A DNA stretch of 64,000 nt, taken from an uncultured Eubacteriales bacterium (GTDB taxonomy: Bacteria > Bacillota > Clostridia > Oscillospirales > CAG-272). Positions 18,152 through 27,006 of the stretch are shown one piece after another (the first letter of the stretch is position 1; each line of letters begins with the position of its first letter). The notes below the pieces were generated by a model. It was not told the DNA's origin. It did no database searches and saw only the letters and a list, made by a program, of their open reading frames with translations. The position numbers and the translations under genes are program-made. The stretch is taken from the NCBI GenBank assembly GCA_910586545.1, contig CAJUIQ010000007.1, positions 3,895 through 67,894 on the forward strand. Reading direction: 5' to 3'.

Positions 18152-20518
18152 TTAAACGGTAACTTTAGCGGTTTTGTCCAGGAAAGCTTTGATACCGGCT
18201 ACATCCGTAAACTGCTGCTCGCCGACTACAAGGGTAGGCGCGCTCCGCAGACCAAGCTCTTTTGCCAATTCTTCCTGATCCTCTACATAGAATTTTGTAT
18301 ATTCGACACCTGCTTTGTCCAGCAAAGACTGGGCAACCTTACATTTCGGGCAGGTTTTGGTTGCAAACAAAAGGATCGCGTCATTTTCCTGAGGCGCTGC
18401 AGGTTCAGCCGATTTTGTATCGGACAGCGCTTTGCTGCGTTTTACTACAGAGGTGCCGATATTGTAAACCATCCGGTCTTTGTATTCCTGAGACTTGCCA
18501 TCGTTCCAGTTGAGAACGGGGCGATAGTAGCCAGTGATTCTGGAATAAACCTCTGTTTTGCCGCCGCAGGTGGGGCAGGTGAACTGTTCTCCCGCGATGT
18601 AGCCATGGTCTTTGCAGACAGAATAGGTGGGCGACAGGGTATAGTATGGCAGAGTAAAGTTTTCTGCGATTTTGCGTACCAGTGTTGCCGCCGCCTTCCA
18701 GTCCGGCAGCTTTTCTCCAAGAAAAGCGTGGAATACCGTACCGGAGGTGTACCGAGTCTGTAATTCATCCTGGAGCTCCAGTGCAGAGAATACGTCGTCG
18801 GTGTATCCTACAGGAAGATGAGAAGAGTTGGTATAGTAAGGTGTTGCGCCTTCATGTGCGGTGATGATATCCGGATACCGCTTTTTATCATGCTTCGCCA
18901 GACGGAAGCTGGTAGATTCGGCGGGCGTTGCTTCCAGATTATACAGATCGCCGTACATTTCCTGATAATCGGAGAGACGTTCCCGCATATGATCCAGTAC
19001 TTCTTTTGTGAACTGGAGAGTTTCGGGGTGGGTCATATCCTGCTTCAGCCACTTCGCGTTGAGGCCGGCTTCGTTCATGCCGACCAGACCAATGGTAGAG
19101 AAGTGATTGTCAAAGGTACCCAGATACCGTTTTGTATAGGGATACAGTCCCTCGTTCATCAGCTTGGTAACAACGGTACGCTTGATTTTCAAACTGCGTG
19201 CGGAGAGATCCATAATATGATCCAGTCTCCGGTAGAAGTCTTCCGGACTGTCGGAGAGATATGCGATTCGAGGCATATTGATGGTGACAACGCCTACAGA
19301 ACCGGTAGATTCACCGCTGCCGAAAAATCCGCCGGATTTTTTACGCAGCTCCCGCAGGTCCAGACGCAGACGGCAGCACATAGACCGCACGTCGCTGGGT
19401 TCCATATCGGAATTGATATAGTTGGAGAAATACGGCGTACCGTATTTGGCTGTCATTTCAAAGAGAAGCTTGTTGTTCTCTGTTTCAGACCAGTCGAAAT
19501 CTCGGGTGATGGAATAGGTAGGGATAGGATACTGGAAACCGCGGCCGTTTGCGTCGCCTTCAATCATAATTTCGATAAAAGCACGGTTAACCATGTCCAT
19601 CTCTTTTTTACAATCTTTATATTTGAAGTCTACTTCTTTGCCCCCGATGATGCAGTTTTCTTCCGCAAGGTCCGCGGGAACCGTCCAGTCCAGGGTAATA
19701 TTGGAGAAGGGAGATTGCGTACCCCATCTAGAAGGTGTATTCACGCCGTAAATAAAGCTTTCAATACATTTTTTTACTTGATCATAGGACAAATTATCTA
19801 TTTTTACAAAGGGAGCCAAATATGTATCAAAGGAAGAAAATGCTTGAGCGCCGGCCCATTCGTTTTGCATAATTCCAAGAAAGTTGACCATCTGATTGCA
19901 CAGGGTTGCCAGATGGCTTGCGGGAGAACTGGTAATTTTACCAGGAACACCGCCCAGTCCTTCTTTAATCAGTTGACGGAGAGACCATCCCGCGCAGTAT
20001 CCGGTAAGCATGGACAAATCATGGATATGGATGTCTGCATTTCTATGCGCGGAGGCGATTTCGTCGTCGTAGATTTCGGACAACCAGTAGTTTGCTGTAA
20101 TCGCACCAGAGTTGGACAGAATCAATCCACCTACAGAATAGGTAACGGTGGAGTTTTCTTTTACTCTCCAGTCGTTGAGCTTTACATAGTTGTCAACGAT
20201 TTCCTTATAGTCAACCAGAGTGGACTGGATATTACGCAGTTTTTCCCGCTGGCGGCGATACAGAATGTAAGCTTTTGCCACATCATCGTATCCGGCCTGC
20301 ACCAAAACAGATTCTACACTATCCTGAATATCTTCCACAGCGACCATGCCATCTTTAATTTTGGGCTCAAAATTTGCAGTGACCTTCAGGGCTAGAAAAT
20401 CTATTACGGAAGGAACAAAATCCTTTTCCTGTGCTTCAAACGCCATCGTGATAGCGCTGCTGATTTTAGACAGATCAAACTCTGCTACTTTGCCGTCTCT
20501 CTTTTGAACTTGATACAT
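18152..20518 (-). CDS. nrdD: Anaerobic ribonucleoside-triphosphate reductase (class III) with a fused C-terminal glutaredoxin/NrdH-like domain
   Basis: N-terminal ATP-cone, Zn site CKDHG...CPTCGG, and glycyl-radical motif SRITGYYRPV. About 95 extra residues follow, with a thioredoxin-fold signature TKTCPKC...APTLVV. Confidence 0.93.
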   Translation of the reverse strand: MYQVQKRDGKVAEFDLSKISSAITMAFEAQEKDFVPSVIDFLALKVTANFEPKIKDGMVAVEDIQDSVESVLVQAGYDDVAKAYILYRRQREKLRNIQSTLVDYKEIVDNYVKLNDWRVKENSTVTYSVGGLILSNSGAITANYWLSEIYDDEIASAHRNADIHIHDLSMLTGYCAGWSLRQLIKEGLGGVPGKITSSPASHLATLCNQMVNFLGIMQNEWAGAQAFSSFDTYLAPFVKIDNLSYDQVKKCIESFIYGVNTPSRWGTQSPFSNITLDWTVPADLAEENCIIGGKEVDFKYKDCKKEMDMVNRAFIEIMIEGDANGRGFQYPIPTYSITRDFDWSETENNKLLFEMTAKYGTPYFSNYINSDMEPSDVRSMCCRLRLDLRELRKKSGGFFGSGESTGSVGVVTINMPRIAYLSDSPEDFYRRLDHIMDLSARSLKIKRTVVTKLMNEGLYPYTKRYLGTFDNHFSTIGLVGMNEAGLNAKWLKQDMTHPETLQFTKEVLDHMRERLSDYQEMYGDLYNLEATPAESTSFRLAKHDKKRYPDIITAHEGATPYYTNSSHLPVGYTDDVFSALELQDELQTRYTSGTVFHAFLGEKLPDWKAAATLVRKIAENFTLPYYTLSPTYSVCKDHGYIAGEQFTCPTCGGKTEVYSRITGYYRPVLNWNDGKSQEYKDRMVYNIGTSVVKRSKALSDTKSAEPAAPQENDAILLFATKTCPKCKVAQSLLDKAGVEYTKFYVEDQEELAKELGLRSAPTLVVGEQQFTDVAGIKAFLDKTAKVTV

Positions 20519-20575
20519 AATATACTCCTTACATATAATAAGCCAATAGACTGTATGATTGATTCATGGGCTTTT

Positions 20576-20816
20576 ATTATATACTATATCTTGTAGTCTG
20601 TCAAGGAAATTGGAACAAATCTGAAAATATCGGCATTATTGCCAAAACTGACAAGCGAAATTCAGCATTGATGCTACATATAGTTGCAAATTTGCATCAA
20701 TACACAATATATAGTATTTGCACGATTGCGTGAGCAATGCGTTAAAAGGGAGCTTCCCGCATTGTACCAGGCTATATCGTATGTTTGGACGGATTGCATA
20801 ATACTATATATTGTAT
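20576..20816 (-). promoter_or_regulatory. nrdD promoter (TTGACA-17-TATAAT on the minus strand, 20604-20576) plus five NrdR-box-like 16-mers
   Basis: Boxes: 20581-20596 ATACTATATCTTGTAG (between -35 and -10), 20671-20686 ATGCTACATATAGTTG, 20702-20717 ACACAATATATAGTAT, 20769-20784 AGGCTATATCGTATGT, 20801-20816 ATACTATATATTGTAT. The two upstream pairs are spaced 31 and 32 bp. Confidence 0.55.
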
Positions 20817-20849
20817 TGCGCTAAAAAACAACGCGCTTGCATATATGCT

Positions 20850-20889
20850 AAAATCCCCACTGAAAATGATCTTTCAGTGGGGATTTTTT
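20850..20889 (-). terminator. Terminator of the cohesin/dockerin gene
   Basis: AAAATCCCCACTGAAA-atgatc-TTTCAGTGGGGATTTTTT. Confidence 0.8.
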
Positions 20890-20910
20890 CTTACGATACT
20901 GCCCTTTACT

Positions 20911-21987
20911 TTATTCAATATTCCAATCAGGCGGATAAGGTGCGTTTCCTGCCGCGATCCGGCAAAGCTGGACATAGTCCAGCATCGTGACCACATTATC
21001 TCCATTTATGTCCGCTGCATCGTACATTTGCAGTGGAACGGAAGAAAGAGAAGCGGCGACTCTGCGCAGATAAATGATATCAGCGGAAGTGATGGCGCCA
21101 TCGTTGTCCAGATCTCCTTTTTTCCAGCGTTCCACAATCGGCAAAGCTTCCTCTTTGGTTTCCTGACAAGCATCGCAGGTATACAGACCAACCCCTTCGA
21201 TTTCAAATGTGGGAGAGACGATTTCCTGTGTAAGCACCCATTGGTGACCAGGTGTGGGGACACGTTCTTCTGTAATGGTATTCTGGCAATATGTGCAAAC
21301 TTGGTATACATATCCGTCTTCTGTACATGTGGGAGGCGTAGTCTGGGTTTGGAGATTGTGCTTTCCATACTCGCTTTTTCCTACAATATTAAGTGTTGTT
21401 ACGTCGACGAGCTGATTGTCCCAAGTGATAAAAGGGCGTTTGTCGTACGTTACTTTAAAGCCATAATCTTCTTCCGTATCTAATATATCAAATACCAGTG
21501 TGCAGAGGAGGCCGTTCTTTGTATTGTTGCTCATCATGTCGGCATATTGCGCGGTATAAGAAAAGGGACTACTTTCCGGCGGCTTGGTGGTCCAGCACTC
21601 ACTGTTTGTCCAAATATCACCGTTGATACGTGCTGTAGGAGCCAGCGCGGCTGCGTTATAATGGAAAATCATCCGCATAGAATAAATACCTGGGTTGTTT
21701 TCCAGTTTTACTGTCACGACAAGCTGCCCATCCTGTACGGCGCTTTCTAAAAGAACGTAACAAGAATCAGGAAGTACAGGCTCGTCCGCCGCGACTTTGT
21801 AAGAATCTCCGCAGAGGCTGCAGGTATAGACAATTTGTTCTTTTTCCATGCAGGTAGCCTCTTCAATTGTCTGCTCGTAAGTATGTTCACAGTCCGCCGC
21901 GAAAACTTGTCCAACCAGAGGAGTGATCAGAAGCATAGATATGCAAAGCATCACTGACAAAAGAGATTTAAAACGCATAGGATTCAT
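20911..21987 (-). CDS. Secreted protein with a cohesin-like domain, three Cys-rich modules and a C-terminal type-I-like dockerin
   Basis: Signal peptide MNPMRFKSLLSVMLCISMLLITPLVGQVFA. Cohesin-like stretch LVVTVKLENNPGIYSMRMIFHYNAAAL. Dockerin Ca-loops DLDNDGAITSAD and DINGDNVVTMLD. Confidence 0.65.
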   Translation of the reverse strand: MNPMRFKSLLSVMLCISMLLITPLVGQVFAADCEHTYEQTIEEATCMEKEQIVYTCSLCGDSYKVAADEPVLPDSCYVLLESAVQDGQLVVTVKLENNPGIYSMRMIFHYNAAALAPTARINGDIWTNSECWTTKPPESSPFSYTAQYADMMSNNTKNGLLCTLVFDILDTEEDYGFKVTYDKRPFITWDNQLVDVTTLNIVGKSEYGKHNLQTQTTPPTCTEDGYVYQVCTYCQNTITEERVPTPGHQWVLTQEIVSPTFEIEGVGLYTCDACQETKEEALPIVERWKKGDLDNDGAITSADIIYLRRVAASLSSVPLQMYDAADINGDNVVTMLDYVQLCRIAAGNAPYPPDWNIE

Positions 21988-22158
21988 CCTTTCAATAATA
22001 TATTATCTACATTTATTATAGTATCATATTTTCTATTGCTGGTCAAGACGGGAAAACGTACATTTGCATCGCGGTATAATTGACAAATGGCACAACATAT
22101 GATAACATAGACTCAATATAAATTTATAATCCAGTAAAGGACCGGGCAATGCCCGGAT

Positions 22159-23253
22159 ATGGTGACAATCGTGGCCGGCAAAATCAGAGCGGGAATCGTT
22201 GGAGCAACAGGGATGGTAGGACAGCGGTTTATTACGCTTTTGGAAAATCATCCCTATTTTGAAGTAACTGCCCTTGCTGCAAGCGCACGCAGCGCTGGCA
22301 CAAAATATACGGATGCAGTGGGTGACAGATGGAAGCTGTCCTGCGAGATTCCGGCATATGCCCGGGATATGGTGGTAATGGATGCCGCCGATATTGCTGC
22401 TATGAAGGAGAAGGTAGACTTTATTTTTTGCGCAGTTGATATGAAAAAAGACGCGGTTATTGCGATGGAAGAAGCTTATGCAAAGGCGGAACTGCCTGTT
22501 ATATCCAACAATAGTGCAAACCGGTGGACGCCGGATGTGCCTATGCTGATTCCGGAAATCAACGACGGCCATGCGGCGGTCATTGCCGATCAGAAAAAAC
22601 GGCTGGGAACGACGCGGGGATTTATCGCGGTGAAGCCCAACTGCTCCATTCAGAGTTATGTGCCTATGCTTACGCCTCTGCGTAAGTTTGGCGTGCGCCA
22701 GGTAGTAGTCAGCACCTATCAGGCAATCAGCGGGGCCGGCAAAACATTCCGGGAAATGCCGGAAATAGTAGATAATGTCATTCCCTTCATCGGCGGTGAG
22801 GAAGAAAAAAGCGAGCGGGAGCCTTTGCGTATCTGGGGAGAATATAAAGACGGCGTAATTGTGCCCGCCGAGGATACCATTATCACCAGCCAGTGTATTC
22901 GTGTGCCTGTTCTGGACGGACACATGGCTACGGTATTTGTAAATTTTGAGAACAAGCCTACCAAAGAACAGATTCTTTCTGAGTGGAAGGCATTTAAGGG
23001 CCTGCCGCAGACGTTGGGCCTGCCGCATGCGCCGGAGCAGTTTATTACATATTTTGAAGAAGACAATCGTCCCCAGACCCATTTGGATAGAGACATCTGC
23101 GGTGGAATGGGTGTCAGCGCAGGTCGTCTGCGTGAAGATACGCTCTTTGACTGGAAGTTTGTAGGACTTTCTCATAACACTCTGCGCGGTGCCGCTGGCG
23201 GAGCGCTGCTGTCCGCGGAACTGTTGTATAAATTGGGATATCTGGACGTTTAA
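22159..23253 (+). CDS. asd: Aspartate-semialdehyde dehydrogenase
   Basis: GIVGATGMVGQRF NAD(P) motif, an active-site region with KPNCSIQ, and a C-terminal HNTLRGAAG. Confidence 0.9.
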   Translation: MVTIVAGKIRAGIVGATGMVGQRFITLLENHPYFEVTALAASARSAGTKYTDAVGDRWKLSCEIPAYARDMVVMDAADIAAMKEKVDFIFCAVDMKKDAVIAMEEAYAKAELPVISNNSANRWTPDVPMLIPEINDGHAAVIADQKKRLGTTRGFIAVKPNCSIQSYVPMLTPLRKFGVRQVVVSTYQAISGAGKTFREMPEIVDNVIPFIGGEEEKSEREPLRIWGEYKDGVIVPAEDTIITSQCIRVPVLDGHMATVFVNFENKPTKEQILSEWKAFKGLPQTLGLPHAPEQFITYFEEDNRPQTHLDRDICGGMGVSAGRLREDTLFDWKFVGLSHNTLRGAAGGALLSAELLYKLGYLDV

Positions 23254-23287
23254 TCAGCATATAGGTAGAAAGGACATAAAACAAGAA

Positions 23288-24103
23288 ATGACCTGCGATA
23301 CGATTTATCTGCGCGAGGGAGACCAAAATGTGCGCCTGTGCACATATATTGCAAACAATACAGGAGATATGTGCGTTCGGCCCAGAGACGCAGTACTCGT
23401 CCTTCCCGGCGGCGCGTATGCGTTCTTGGCGGAACGGGAGGCGGAGCCTGCCGCCAAAACATTTCTTGCAGCGGGTTGCAATGCGTTTGTGCTGTATTAT
23501 TCTATCGGGGAGAATGCAAAATATCCCCGCCCACTGGTAGACGTTTCTTTGGCGATCTGCCACATTCGGGAAAATGCGGAGAAGTACAACATTGATCCTG
23601 ACCGGATCTTTGTGTGCGGTTTTTCTGCCGGCGGCCATTTGGCTGGCGCTATTGGTACCCTGTGGGACAGAGAGTATGCCAAAGCTACGCCGGAGATGCC
23701 CTTTGGAATGAACAAGCCGCGCGGCGTGATTCTGTCCTATCCGGTGATCAGTATGGGAGAGTATGCGCACGAATACTCCAGAGAGATGATTTGCGGAACT
23801 GGATCGGATGCGGAGCAGTGGAAGCGGGAATGCTCCCTGGAGTTGCAGGTGGGGGAAAATACCGTGCCTGCATTTATCTGGCAGACGCAGAATGACGACT
23901 GTGTGCCGATTCAGAATGCCATGCTGTATGCGCAGGCGTTGATTGCGCACAATATTCCCATGGAATTGCATATATACCCAAAGGGGCCTCATGGAATGTC
24001 TGTGGCAACGGCTGAGACGTCTCAGCATGATCCGGCTAAGAGCGATCCCCATATAGGTGGCTGGGTAAAGGCTGCACTGGAATGGCTGCAAATAGTTTCA
24101 TAA
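23288..24103 (+). CDS. Alpha/beta-hydrolase esterase (acetyl-esterase/lipase-like)
   Basis: LPGGAY oxyanion region and a GFSAGGH nucleophile elbow. Start at MTCDTIY. Confidence 0.75.
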   Translation: MTCDTIYLREGDQNVRLCTYIANNTGDMCVRPRDAVLVLPGGAYAFLAEREAEPAAKTFLAAGCNAFVLYYSIGENAKYPRPLVDVSLAICHIRENAEKYNIDPDRIFVCGFSAGGHLAGAIGTLWDREYAKATPEMPFGMNKPRGVILSYPVISMGEYAHEYSREMICGTGSDAEQWKRECSLELQVGENTVPAFIWQTQNDDCVPIQNAMLYAQALIAHNIPMELHIYPKGPHGMSVATAETSQHDPAKSDPHIGGWVKAALEWLQIVS

Positions 24104-24130
24104 AAAGGGAGGTACTCTCCCTTTTTTTTG
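24102..24130 (+). terminator. Intrinsic terminator
   Basis: AAAAAGGGAG-gtac-TCTCCCTTTTTTTT. Confidence 0.75.
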
Positions 24131-24233
24131 TGTCGGAAAGCGCTTATATTCTTGCATTTTTCGATGTTTTATAGTACAATGCATGTATCACGCAGGTGAA
24201 ATCACTTTTGTGTACTGCTGTCGGAGGATGCTT

Positions 24234-25031
24234 ATGAAAATACGACACGACTTTCATATACACACCGAACTGTCCTTGTGCGCGGATGAATCGGCGACTG
24301 TAGAAAATTATTTGGAAATTGCAAAAAAAATAGGACTTACACATTTAGGCTTTTCCAATCATTTTTGGGATGAGAAAATTCCTGGCGCCACGCCTTTTTA
24401 TGTGCCCCAGGATCTGTCTCACCTGCTCCGTCTGAAACCGGAGCTTGCCAGCCGCGCTGATCCTTACATTAAGATGTATTTTGGCTGCGAGACGGAATAC
24501 GACCCCATTCGCAGGGACGTAACGATCACAGAAGAAACTGCGCAGCAATTTGATTTTATTTTGGTTCCCAACTCCCATACCCACCTGATTATGCCCAGAA
24601 ACTGTTACCAGCCGTATCAAAAGCATGTGGATTTTATGGTCCAGGCGTATGAAGATATTTTGAACAGTTCTGTATATCGATATATTACCGCCATCGCGCA
24701 TCCCTTTGAAGCGGTAGGCTGTCCCTATGATTATACAATTTTAATAGATATGATTTCCGACGATTGTTTCAAAAGACTGTTCAGCCAAACTGCCGAACGG
24801 GGAATCGCCATTGAAATCAATGTGGACTCTATGCATACAAAAACGGAAGAGGAGATCGCGTCCTGTTCCCAGATGCGCATGTTTCAAATTGCAAAGGACT
24901 GCGGGTGCAAGTTTTTGTTCGGGAGCGATGCACACAACAGCAAGGCGCATGATTCTTATGCCCACGCAGATTTTGCTGCAGAACTATTGGGGCTGGATGA
25001 AAGTCGTATCCCGGAAATTGCGCTTATATAA
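24234..25031 (+). CDS. PHP-domain (histidinol-phosphatase-like) metal-dependent phosphoesterase
   Basis: N-terminal DFHIHT motif and a C-terminal GSDAH motif. GGAGG SD 6 nt before the ATG at 24234. Confidence 0.7.
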   Translation: MKIRHDFHIHTELSLCADESATVENYLEIAKKIGLTHLGFSNHFWDEKIPGATPFYVPQDLSHLLRLKPELASRADPYIKMYFGCETEYDPIRRDVTITEETAQQFDFILVPNSHTHLIMPRNCYQPYQKHVDFMVQAYEDILNSSVYRYITAIAHPFEAVGCPYDYTILIDMISDDCFKRLFSQTAERGIAIEINVDSMHTKTEEEIASCSQMRMFQIAKDCGCKFLFGSDAHNSKAHDSYAHADFAAELLGLDESRIPEIALI

Positions 25032-25066
25032 TTTGTTAATAAATCAATAAAAGGAATGGTTTAATT

Positions 25067-26905
25067 ATGAAAGAGAAACTGCAGCCTGTCACGGAAATAC
25101 ACCTGCAAATGGATGATGCTATAGGAAAACTCACGGAAGGCATTATAGATAACTGGCTTATTGGAATCCGGGAATCGAACCCGGCCATTTTAGACATGCT
25201 GAAATATCCGGACAAAAAGCCAAACCGCAGACTGCTCCCCTGGTCGGGAGAATTTGCGGGAAAATATATTACCTGTTCCGTACTGCTTTACCGTCTCACA
25301 AAAAATTCAAAGCTGTATACATATTTGCAGTCCTTTATCGCAGAGCTAATCGCACTGCAGAGAGAGAATGGATATTTGGGCTGCTGGCCATCCGACTGCC
25401 AGCTTTCCGGCCGTTCATCCGGAGAAAAGGTTGGAGACGAGGACCCATACAATACTTGGGACGGATGGTCCCACTATCATATCATGTATGGACTGCTGCT
25501 GTGGTATCGGGAAACGGGCGATCGGTCCGCCTGGGACTGTGTGATAAAAATTGCAGATTTGTTCTGCGAAATGTTTTATAACGAAAAGCCCGGCAGCCGT
25601 CGGCTTTACGATATGGGCGAAACGGAAATGAATTATGCTGTAGGCCATGTGTTTGCCATTCTGTACAGGGAAACGCAGGCGCAAAAGTATTTGGATTTCG
25701 CATTGGAGGTTGTCCAGGATTTCGCCGCGCCAGGCTGTGGGGATTATTACCGCCTTGCCTTGGCGGATCAAGAATATTACAAAACGCCAAAGCCCCGGTG
25801 GGAAAGTCTGCATTCGATTATGGCGCTTGCCCAGCTGTATTATTGTACTGGTGAGAAAAGCTATAAAAAGGCGTTTGTCCAAATTTGGCGCAGCATCACG
25901 CAGACAGACGTCCACAATACAGGCGGTTTTTCTACAGGAGAGCAAGCTATTGGAAACCCATATGAAAGCGGCGCTATCGAAACCTGCTGCACCGTCGCTT
26001 ATATGGCGCTGACAGCGGAAATGCTGCAGCTTACCGGCGACAGTGCGGCGGCAGATGCATTGGAACTTTCTACTTATAACGCGGGACTGGGCAGCTTCTC
26101 TCCGACCGGAAGATGGTCTACGTACAATACGCCCATGGAGGGAGATAAAAAAGCAAACTATTGGGAGATTGGCTTTCAATGCCGTCCCGGCAGTCCGGAT
26201 TTGAACTGCTGCTCTGTAAACGCTCCGCGAATGTTTGGAGAACTTGCCCGCTGGGCCTATATGACAGACGGCCAGGCGCTCTACATCAATTATTATGGTG
26301 CGGGCGAAGGAGAAGTGAAGATTGGAGACAGCAGGCTTTGTGTTTGTCAGGAGACAGATTATCCCTATGACGGGAAGGTACGCATTCGGGTATCCGGTAT
26401 AGAAGGTGCAGAGCGAAAAATATTTGTCCGCATTCCGTTTTGGTCTGAAAAAACCAAAGTGCAGATTAATGATGGGATTCAGGAAGAAGCATGCCCCGGA
26501 TATTTTCTGATAGAGCGGGAATGGTCGGATGGAGACACCATTGTCATTGATTTTGACATGGCCCTGCGATTTGCTCCAGGAGAAAAAGAATATACCGGCA
26601 AATGCTCGATATATCGTGGTCCCCTCCTTCTGGCCTACGATGGCTTTTACTGCGAGGATTCAATCCACGATGTTCCCCCGGAGATTGCTCTGGAAAATCT
26701 GCAGTTTGTACGGGCAGAGCCCGCATACCTTTGCGGCAGACTATTTCACTTTAACAGCAACGGGCAGCCGTTGGTTTTATGTGATATGCAGGCTGCCGGG
26801 GCCAGCGGCACGCCCTATACCACATGGTTGCCTGTAACCGGGTTTGGTCAGGCGTCTCCTGCCAGAGAAAATATTACGCGCAGCTATAAGCAGGCTGCAG
26901 TATAA
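25067..26905 (+). CDS. DUF1680 / GH127-like putative beta-L-arabinofuranosidase, cytoplasmic
   Basis: ~610 aa, (alpha/alpha)6-like N-terminal half, Cys-rich central motif (CCTVAY...CCSVN). The family call is from memory. Confidence 0.55.
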   Translation: MKEKLQPVTEIHLQMDDAIGKLTEGIIDNWLIGIRESNPAILDMLKYPDKKPNRRLLPWSGEFAGKYITCSVLLYRLTKNSKLYTYLQSFIAELIALQRENGYLGCWPSDCQLSGRSSGEKVGDEDPYNTWDGWSHYHIMYGLLLWYRETGDRSAWDCVIKIADLFCEMFYNEKPGSRRLYDMGETEMNYAVGHVFAILYRETQAQKYLDFALEVVQDFAAPGCGDYYRLALADQEYYKTPKPRWESLHSIMALAQLYYCTGEKSYKKAFVQIWRSITQTDVHNTGGFSTGEQAIGNPYESGAIETCCTVAYMALTAEMLQLTGDSAAADALELSTYNAGLGSFSPTGRWSTYNTPMEGDKKANYWEIGFQCRPGSPDLNCCSVNAPRMFGELARWAYMTDGQALYINYYGAGEGEVKIGDSRLCVCQETDYPYDGKVRIRVSGIEGAERKIFVRIPFWSEKTKVQINDGIQEEACPGYFLIEREWSDGDTIVIDFDMALRFAPGEKEYTGKCSIYRGPLLLAYDGFYCEDSIHDVPPEIALENLQFVRAEPAYLCGRLFHFNSNGQPLVLCDMQAAGASGTPYTTWLPVTGFGQASPARENITRSYKQAAV

Positions 26906-27006
26906 AAGAAACAACCGCTTTCCATTTTGGAAAGCGGTTGTTGTCGTTCAGGCGGAATGCACAATACGCACATGCTGTTCATATGATGCCTATAGGTGGT
27001 GATCAT

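Noticed and set aside
18818-20395. 525-aa ORF antisense to nrdD.
   Set aside because: It is entirely contained within the strongly supported nrdD CDS and has no motifs or SD. Similar long shadow ORFs were rejected for the same reason: 22033-23175 antisense to asd, 23114-24091 antisense to the esterase, 32676-33665 antisense to the M23 gene, 25415-26179 antisense to the GH127-like gene, and 51422-52150 antisense to pflB.
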